Of a DNA stretch of 64,000 nt, positions 57,461 through 64,000 are shown in pieces; the first letter of the stretch is position 1; every line of letters begins with the position of its first letter. Position numbers and translations under genes: made by a program. Source of the stretch: Desulfobacterales bacterium (lineage in GTDB: Bacteria; Desulfobacterota; Desulfobacteria; Desulfobacterales; ETH-SRB1); assembly GCA_030610995.1 (NCBI GenBank), contig JAUWQO010000002.1, forward strand, positions 783-64,782, given 5' to 3'. A model generated the notes under the pieces. It ran no database searches. It was not told where the DNA came from and saw only the letters and a list, made by a program, of their open reading frames with translations.

Positions 57461-57770
57461 GCGTTCACGGAACGTTGAAATTAGAAATTGGAAATCAATG
57501 TCATTAACTTAAGGAGTAGATGTCGCTGTGGGAGCGGCTTTTAGCCGCGATTGTAGCTTTGGAGCGCACATTTTTTCGTGGCTGAAAGCCACTCCCACAA
57601 ACAAAATTAGCTTAAGTTAATGGCATTGAATTAGAAATTGGAAATCTGGCCTTCATACTTTTGTGCTGTTCTTCCCAATTCCCAATTCCTAATTTCCAAT
57701 TTCTATTTTAATCTCTCCCCAATTTCTACTTTCCAATTTCAAGTTTCAAGCCGTGAACGTCTACAATATA
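57461..57770. repeat. nested palindrome of about 310 bp (gaaattggaaat words, REP-like tgtgggagcggc core)
   Basis: gcgttcacgg pairs with ccgtgaacgt, caatgtcattaacttaag with cttaagttaatggcattg, and gtgggag with ctcccac. Confidence 0.8.
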
Positions 57771-57877
57771 TAAGCGGCAACTTAAAAATAAGGGTCTCAA
57801 TTGAGGAAGAAGGCTTTTATTAATAACGGATACTTTCTTAAATGGCAAGTGATTTCAGGAAACAGGAGTCTTGTGCC

Positions 57878-58759
57878 TCATTTGGGCATTTCGACAATAT
57901 CCTGCATTATCTTGGTTTCCCATGATTCTTTTTGTGCAAAGAATTTTTTCAGGAATGCGTGATTAAAAAAATGGCCTGATTTGCTCACCTTAACATGGCC
58001 TAAAACAGGCATGCCGAGAAGGGCAAAATCGCCTATGCAGTCAAGAAGTTTATGCCGCACGAACTCATCCTTATAGCGCAAACCATTCTTTGAGAGTATG
58101 TTTTCCCTATCTATTACAACAACGTTATCTAATGAACCGCCGCGGGCAAGCCCAAAACGTTTCATATCTTCATATTCATGCAAGAAACCAAAAGTTCTGG
58201 CCCTGCATACTTCGCGCTCAAATACTTCGTCTGAAAGTTCTATGGTATAAGATTGTTTTTTAACGAGAGTATGATCATAATCTATATTGCAGGTTATTTT
58301 ATATGAAGATTCAGGATATATGCCGACAAATTTCCCGTTTTCTTCCAACTCAATCGGCTCTTTTACCACAAAAAAACAGCGCTGACCGTCTTGCTCCTTT
58401 ATGCCTGCCGCCATTATTGATGAGGTAAAAACTTCGGCGCTGCCGTCCATTATCGGCATCTCGTAGCCGTCAATTTCAACCAGGGCATTATCAATTGATA
58501 AACCTGCAAAAGTTGCCATAAGATGCTCTATGGTTGAAACAATAAACCCATTATATCCTATTACGGTTGCAAGGCTTGTATCCACGACCATATTAAAATG
58601 GGCGGATATGCTCGGGCTGTCTGGAAGGTCTATTCTTTTGAATTTGATGCCATGATTTACCGGCGCGGGTTTGATTGTCAAATTAACCTTTTTGCCTGAA
58701 TGAATGCCTACGCCGGAGCAGTTGATTAATCCGGCGACAGTTCTTTGCTTGAAATGCAT
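57878..58759 (-). CDS. lpxC: UDP-3-O-acyl-N-acetylglucosamine deacetylase
   Basis: QRTVAGLINCSGVGIHSG N-terminus, EHLMAT, HKLLD motifs. Confidence 0.9.
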   Translation of the reverse strand: MHFKQRTVAGLINCSGVGIHSGKKVNLTIKPAPVNHGIKFKRIDLPDSPSISAHFNMVVDTSLATVIGYNGFIVSTIEHLMATFAGLSIDNALVEIDGYEMPIMDGSAEVFTSSIMAAGIKEQDGQRCFFVVKEPIELEENGKFVGIYPESSYKITCNIDYDHTLVKKQSYTIELSDEVFEREVCRARTFGFLHEYEDMKRFGLARGGSLDNVVVIDRENILSKNGLRYKDEFVRHKLLDCIGDFALLGMPVLGHVKVSKSGHFFNHAFLKKFFAQKESWETKIMQDIVEMPK

Positions 58760-58982
58760 ATAATTACCTGCTTTCTAATACCTAAGTTGAGCCCTTTTTT
58801 ACATACTTATCAAATAAACACAATACCAAATTAGGCATCCTTCATTTGCCAGTTTACACTTTTTAAAGGTGGTTTCTATCTTCGGCCGGGAACATGAATA
58901 TGAAGGCACTTATTTCTGTGTGATCGTACAAGTTTAAAAAAAGTGTCAACTACTTTTGCCCTGTTTTGAAAGATGCCCCAAA

Positions 58983-61900
58983 TTATTTGATATCCGCATG
59001 ATAAGCCTGAAGAGATTTTACCCCGGCTTTTCCTGTTCTTCGCGCGGCAATTCCCTTGGCGGCTGCCAGCGCTGCAGCCGTAGTGGTAATATTTAAAATC
59101 TTATACTCGATCGCCGCTTTCCGGATATAGGAATCGTCATCCTTGCTCTCCTTTCCACTGGGCGTGTTGATAATCAGATGGATTTCTCCATTTTTGACAG
59201 CATCCACAATGTGCGGCCTGCCATATCCCAGTTTGCGGATAGTTTCCGACTCAATGCCATGTTCTTGCAGAAAATTATGTGTTCCCTTTGTAGCCAGGAT
59301 CTTGAACCCTAACTCACCGAACAACCTGGCCGGTTCCAGGGCGCTCGGCTTGTCTTTGTCAGCAACGGTAATAAGAACGGTTCCCTCAATCGGCAGTGAT
59401 AGTTGAGTTGCTTTCTGGGCTTTAAAAAAAGCAAGGCCAAATGAATCCGCCAGCCCCAAAACTTCTCCGGTAGACCGCATTTCCGGCCCCAGGAGGGGAT
59501 CGACTTCAGGAAACATTTTAAATGGGAGCACAGCCTCCTTAACGCCGAAATAGGGGATATGCTTTGCTTTCAGGTTGAGATCAGAGATTTTTTTGCCCAT
59601 AACCACCTGGGTGGCAAGCCGTGCCATAGAGATGTTACAAACTTTGGAAACAATCGGCACTGTGCGTGAGGCCCTGGGATTGGCTTCCAGAATATAAACA
59701 GTGTCATTTGCGATAGCATACTGGATATTCATAAGCCCGATCACATTGAGCTCGATGGCAATCTTTTTTGTGTATTCGTAAATGGTCTCTAAGTGTTTCA
59801 AAGGGATGCTCACCGGAGGAACTACACACGCGGAATCGCCGGAATGCACACCTGCCAGTTCAATATGCTCCATAACCGTGGGAACAAAGGCATCGGTTCC
59901 GTCGGCAATCGCATCTGCTTCAGCTTCAATGGCGTTTTCCAGGAATTTGTCGATCAGTATCGGGCGCTTTGGTGAAACATCTACGGCTGCCGACATATAA
60001 TGCATAAGCATTTCTTCGTCATGGACAACTTCCATGGCGCGTCCGCCAAGAACGTAAGAGGGACGAACCATTAATGGGTATCCGATTCTTTCAGCTATTT
60101 CGAGGGCCTTTTCCAGGGTGCTGGCCATGCCGGATTCGGGTTGGGGAATTTTCAGCTTGCGCATAACCTTACGGAATCGGTCCCGATCCTCTGCCAGATC
60201 TATTGTTTCAGGAGAAGTCCCTAAAATTTTGACTCCTGCTTTTTCCAGGTCATTGGCGATATTCAGGGGCGTTTGCCCCCCGAACTGGATAATAACCCCT
60301 TCTGGTTTTTCCTTTTCATAAATACTTAATACATCTTCAACGGTAAGCGGTTCAAAATAAAGCTTGTCCGAAGTATCGTAATCAGTAGAAACTGTCTCAG
60401 GGTTGCAATTAACCATTATCGATTCATACCCTGCATCACGGATAGTAAATGCAGCATGCACGCAGCAGTAGTCAAACTCAATTCCCTGCCCTATACGATT
60501 GGGGCCTCCGCCAAGCACCATGATTTTTTTGCGATCGCTTACCTCGATTTTATCCGGCGCATTATAAGTGGAATAGTAATAGGCGGCGTTTTCAACGCCG
60601 CTGACCGGCACAGGTTCCCATGCCTCGACAATCCCAAGCGAAATACGCTTTTCCCTGATATCCTTTTCTGAAATCCCGAGAAGAAGGGAAAGATATTTGT
60701 CTGCAAATCCGTCCTTTTTCGCGCGGATGAGCAGATCATCCGGAAGTATCTTTCCGTTGTATGTTAGAATCTCTTCTTCAAGATCTACCAGTTCCTTCAT
60801 CTGTTTAATAAACCAGGGCTTAATATGGGTAAGCTCATAAAGATCCTGGATGTCGGCTCCTTTGCGCAGAGCCTCGTACATAATAAACTGGCGTTCGCTT
60901 GTGGGGATAACCAGCATATTCATTAATTCAGTTAGAGACTTTTTATTGAAGTCTCTGGCAAAACCAAGACCATAGCGGTTTATCTCAAGGGATCGGATTG
61001 CTTTTTGAAACGCCTCCTTGTAATTTTTCCCGATGCTCATGGCTTCGCCAACAGCGCGCATCTGGGTTCCAAGCTTATCCTCAACGCCCTCGAATTTTTC
61101 AAAAGCCCATCTGGCAAATTTTACTACCACATAATCACCGGAAGGGGTATATTTTTCAAGGGTGCCGTCACGCCAGTAGGAAATTTCATCCAGGGTCAGA
61201 CCACCGGCAAGCATGGCGGAAATAAAGGCAATCGGAAAACCGGTTGCCTTGGATGCCAGGGCGGACGATCTGGAAGTTCTCGGGTTAATTTCTATAATAA
61301 CAACCTTGTCTGTTTTGGGATCATGTGCGAATTGAACATTTGTGCCGCCGATAACTTCGATTGCCTCGACAATATCATAAGCATACTTCTCAAGACGCTT
61401 TTGCAGCTTGGAATCAATAGTCATCATCGGCGCCGTGCAAAAAGAATCACCGGTGTGAACACCCATGGCATCGACATTTTCGATAAAGCAAACAGTAACC
61501 ATCTGGTTTTTAGCGTCCCGTACCACTTCCAGTTCAAGCTCTTCCCATCCCAGGACCGATTCTTCAACCAGAATCTGGTTTACAAGGCTTTCAGCCAAAC
61601 CGCGTTTAGCGATAATGCGAAGTTCTTCAACATTATAGACCAAACCGCCGCCGGTGCCGCCCATTGTATAGGCCGGACGAATCACAACAGGGTAACCCAG
61701 TTCCACAGCAACTTTTTCAGCGTCTTCAACTTTGTTTACCGTTTGGCCCTTCGGCATTTCAATGCCAAGCCGCTCCATGGTTTTTTTGAAGGCCGTGCGA
61801 TCTTCTCCTCGCTTAATAGCATCGACAGTTACACCGATGACCTTCACATTGTATTCATCCAGAACGCCTGCCTGCGCCAGTTCAGATGATAAATTCAAGG

Positions 61901-62183
61901 CGGACTGACCCCCTAAATTCGGCAGCAGGGCATCGGGGCGTTCCTCTTTGATAATCTCTGTTAATACTTTAACATTAAGAGGTTCGATATATGTAACATC
62001 AGCCGTTCCCGGGTCAGTCATGATTGTTGCAGGATTCGAGTTCACCAGAACGATTTCATAACCGAGAGAACGCAGAGCTTTGCATGCCTGAGTGCCGGAA
62101 TAATCGAATTCACACGCCTGGCCAATGATAATAGGGCCTGAACCGATGATAAGTACCTTTTTTACGTCGTCGCGTTTTGGCAT
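58983..62183 (-). CDS. carB: carbamoyl-phosphate synthase large subunit
   Basis: Start moved to MPKRDDVKKVLIIGSGPIIIGQACEFDYSG; the 25-codon tracked extension is repeat DNA. Duplicated ATP-grasp halves and an MGS-like C-terminus. Confidence 0.95.
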   Translation of the reverse strand: MPKRDDVKKVLIIGSGPIIIGQACEFDYSGTQACKALRSLGYEIVLVNSNPATIMTDPGTADVTYIEPLNVKVLTEIIKEERPDALLPNLGGQSALNLSSELAQAGVLDEYNVKVIGVTVDAIKRGEDRTAFKKTMERLGIEMPKGQTVNKVEDAEKVAVELGYPVVIRPAYTMGGTGGGLVYNVEELRIIAKRGLAESLVNQILVEESVLGWEELELEVVRDAKNQMVTVCFIENVDAMGVHTGDSFCTAPMMTIDSKLQKRLEKYAYDIVEAIEVIGGTNVQFAHDPKTDKVVIIEINPRTSRSSALASKATGFPIAFISAMLAGGLTLDEISYWRDGTLEKYTPSGDYVVVKFARWAFEKFEGVEDKLGTQMRAVGEAMSIGKNYKEAFQKAIRSLEINRYGLGFARDFNKKSLTELMNMLVIPTSERQFIMYEALRKGADIQDLYELTHIKPWFIKQMKELVDLEEEILTYNGKILPDDLLIRAKKDGFADKYLSLLLGISEKDIREKRISLGIVEAWEPVPVSGVENAAYYYSTYNAPDKIEVSDRKKIMVLGGGPNRIGQGIEFDYCCVHAAFTIRDAGYESIMVNCNPETVSTDYDTSDKLYFEPLTVEDVLSIYEKEKPEGVIIQFGGQTPLNIANDLEKAGVKILGTSPETIDLAEDRDRFRKVMRKLKIPQPESGMASTLEKALEIAERIGYPLMVRPSYVLGGRAMEVVHDEEMLMHYMSAAVDVSPKRPILIDKFLENAIEAEADAIADGTDAFVPTVMEHIELAGVHSGDSACVVPPVSIPLKHLETIYEYTKKIAIELNVIGLMNIQYAIANDTVYILEANPRASRTVPIVSKVCNISMARLATQVVMGKKISDLNLKAKHIPYFGVKEAVLPFKMFPEVDPLLGPEMRSTGEVLGLADSFGLAFFKAQKATQLSLPIEGTVLITVADKDKPSALEPARLFGELGFKILATKGTHNFLQEHGIESETIRKLGYGRPHIVDAVKNGEIHLIINTPSGKESKDDDSYIRKAAIEYKILNITTTAAALAAAKGIAARRTGKAGVKSLQAYHADIK

Positions 62184-62194
62184 CAAAAACCCTT

Positions 62195-62372
62195 TCGATT
62201 GATGATTGATGATTTTCGATTGATGATTTATTGAGTCGCTTCGCTCCGTCTTTTTCAATAAAAGACACTGTCATTAATCTAAGGGCTCGCTTAAAAATAT
62301 TGAATCAAACCTTTCTGTTAATGACCTTGAAATAAAATCGGCAGAATACCTTCAATCGACAATCATCAATTG
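62195..62372. repeat. gattgatgat-word palindrome upstream of carB
   Basis: tcgattgatgattgatgattttcgattgatgatt faces caatcgacaatcatcaattg. It shares the gcagaataccttcaat module with 49834-49849 and, inverted and diverged, with about 54570-54590. Confidence 0.75.
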
Positions 62373-62427
62373 TAACTATGAAACATACAGGTCACAACCG
62401 ACATATCCGTTTGTTTTTAGCCAGAGT

Positions 62428-63834
62428 TTACTTATAATAGCTTGATCCATCCCAGCAATGGGTACATAATTTATTTTTTGGCAGACCCACGGCCTTCACA
62501 AGATCTTCCAGTTTTTGAAATTTTAATGATGTAAGCTTTAATCTTTTTCTTATTGTGTCTATCATCGCCATATTTCTTTCTGATCCGGCAGTGGCATATT
62601 CATCCAGAAATTTATCATCACTTCCTTCAAGTTCTTTAATCGCTTTTCGGCCGGCAAGATTAAGTGTCGATCGCGATATTGAAAAGTTGAGGAAATCACA
62701 GGGATAAATTAAAACCGGGCAGGCCGGGCGCATGTGAACTTCCAGCGCGCCGTAATCGAATAACATTTGAACATTGTCCTGCAACTGGGTGCCCCTTACA
62801 ATTGAATCATCACAAAAAAGAATCTTTTTACCCTCTATCATAGATCTAACAGGAATCAGTTTCATTTTTGCAACAATATCTCTTCTGTGTTGACTTTGCG
62901 GCATAAAGCTTCTGGGCCAGGTTGGTGTGTATTTAACAAAGGGGCGTTTGTACGGGATTTTTTTTCCATTTGCATAGCCGATTGCGTGAGCAATTCCCGA
63001 GTCCGGTATTCCTGCGGCAAAATCTACTTTTGTTTTGTCATTTTTTGCAAGAGAATATCCACACCTGTACCTGACCGACTCCACATTGATTTCCTCGTAA
63101 TCAGATGCCGGATAACCGTAATAAACCCACAGGAAAGTACATATTTGCATTTTGCTTTCCGGCTTTTTTCTCTGCTCATATCCATCCGGCGTCAGGAAAA
63201 CAATTTCGCCCGGCCCAAGATGTTTTTCAATATCATATCCAAGGTTAGGGAATGCGCATGTTTCTGAGGATGCTGCATACGCACCTTCTTTCTTTCCAAT
63301 GGCAACAGGTGTTCTCCCTAATTTGTCCCTTGCGGCAAAAATCCCGTTTTCCGTAAGCAAAAGCATTGAGCATGAGCCTTGAATGAGTTTTTGAGCATTT
63401 TCAATTCCCTCTTCAAAGGATCCTTTTTCACAAATTAACATTGCCGCTAATTCCGTCGGGTTTGTCACGCCGCCACTGGTCTCGGAAAAATGCATTTTTT
63501 TTGCAAATTCTTCCCTGACCAGCTCCTCAATATTGTTGATTTTCCCAACCGTAACAATTGCGAATGTTCCCAAATGGGAACCAATAATAAGCGGCTGGGA
63601 ATCGTTGTCGCTGATAACTCCGATACCCTTGTCTCCCTTTAATTTCGGAAGATCAGGCTCAAACTTGGACCGGAAATAGTCATTTTCAATGTTATGGATG
63701 GATCTTGTAAATCCTTTAGCATTTTTAACAGCCATGCCTCCCCGTTTTGTCCCAAGATGAGAATGATAATCGGTTCCGTAAAACAGATCATCGGCACAAT
63801 CTTCTTTTGAAACACTTCCAAACAAACCACCCAT
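62428..63834 (-). CDS. amidophosphoribosyltransferase (PurF)-like protein without the N-terminal Cys nucleophile
   Basis: Ntn-amidotransferase-like N-terminal half and a PRTase motif (FCDDSIVRGTQ). The N-terminus reads MGGLFG where PurF has MCGI. AGGAG lies 8 nt upstream of the ATG. Confidence 0.75.
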   Translation of the reverse strand: MGGLFGSVSKEDCADDLFYGTDYHSHLGTKRGGMAVKNAKGFTRSIHNIENDYFRSKFEPDLPKLKGDKGIGVISDNDSQPLIIGSHLGTFAIVTVGKINNIEELVREEFAKKMHFSETSGGVTNPTELAAMLICEKGSFEEGIENAQKLIQGSCSMLLLTENGIFAARDKLGRTPVAIGKKEGAYAASSETCAFPNLGYDIEKHLGPGEIVFLTPDGYEQRKKPESKMQICTFLWVYYGYPASDYEEINVESVRYRCGYSLAKNDKTKVDFAAGIPDSGIAHAIGYANGKKIPYKRPFVKYTPTWPRSFMPQSQHRRDIVAKMKLIPVRSMIEGKKILFCDDSIVRGTQLQDNVQMLFDYGALEVHMRPACPVLIYPCDFLNFSISRSTLNLAGRKAIKELEGSDDKFLDEYATAGSERNMAMIDTIRKRLKLTSLKFQKLEDLVKAVGLPKNKLCTHCWDGSSYYK

Positions 63835-64000
63835 GATGAATAACTCCTATTTCTGTCTGTTCAGATCGCAGCTTTGTTTAATAAATCCCAAAAGGGAATC
63901 TTTCATTAAAGAATATATAACTCGGAGGGCCACAAATTGCGCAAATTATTGAGTTTTTTTATTAAGATGTTTCGCTTTTTCAAAAAATTTATCTAATTCA

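Noticed and set aside
62184-62258. N-terminal extensions in the ORF track for carB (62184-62258), the binding protein (35936-35992), cooC (48908-48991), the TPR lipoprotein (2232-2321) and the cytochrome (32200-32208).
   Set aside because: The extensions are read from repeat elements or lack a ribosome-binding site. Conserved N-termini with good Shine-Dalgarno spacing begin downstream.

Overview
Bacterial chromosomal window, probably from a Desulfobacterota (Desulfobacterales-like) genome. That placement is an inference from the CooC-type maturation ATPase, the multihaem cytochrome c, the sigma-54 regulators and the intergenic repeat vocabulary. Layout: (i) 1-4.9 kb holds an Mla-like lipid-transport set (permease 3' end, NBD-fold protein with degenerate catalytic motifs, MCE protein) and two secreted or lipoprotein genes. 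(ii) 5.3-29.6 kb holds a large lipid biosynthesis and export cluster. It has aryl-polyene-like type II FAS/PKS gene content: KS plus a catalytically dead KS partner, a dedicated ACP, KR, DH, thioesterase, FabD-like, PlsC-type and LpxL-type acyltransferases, a LolA-like protein, an MMPL exporter, a methyltransferase and a GT2. It also carries two B12-binding radical SAM enzymes, an ATP-grasp ligase, a NodB deacetylase, an alkaline-phosphatase-family enzyme and an SRPBCC lipoprotein. A decayed plsX'-fabH-fabD' relic sits in the middle. This cluster is my best candidate for an undescribed system. (iii) 29.6-31.6 kb holds small genes and an mtaB 3' fragment. (iv) 32.2-37.2 kb holds tetrahaem cytochrome c, a membrane protein, a HAMP histidine kinase, a CheY-like regulator and an anchored LivK-like binding protein. 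(v) 37.8-43.6 kb is a visibly AT-rich island without an integrase. It is bounded by a 13-nt direct repeat of the tRNA-Glu 3' end and carries a DUF4258 TA pair, an HNH-like protein, a NYN protein, HigA with a truncated higB, and possible attC-like hairpins. tRNA-Glu and tRNA-Lys follow. (vi) 44.2-63.8 kb holds housekeeping genes: trkH, trkA, birA, cooC, HDAC, a CBS protein, MBL, DUF4390-ntrY-ntrX, lpxC, carB and a PurF-like gene without the Cys1 nucleophile. Most intergenic spacers examined outside the island are filled with nested palindromes built from short word repeats. These generate many spurious ORFs and false N- or C-terminal extensions in the ORF track. All family assignments come from motif reading by eye; no database search was run.
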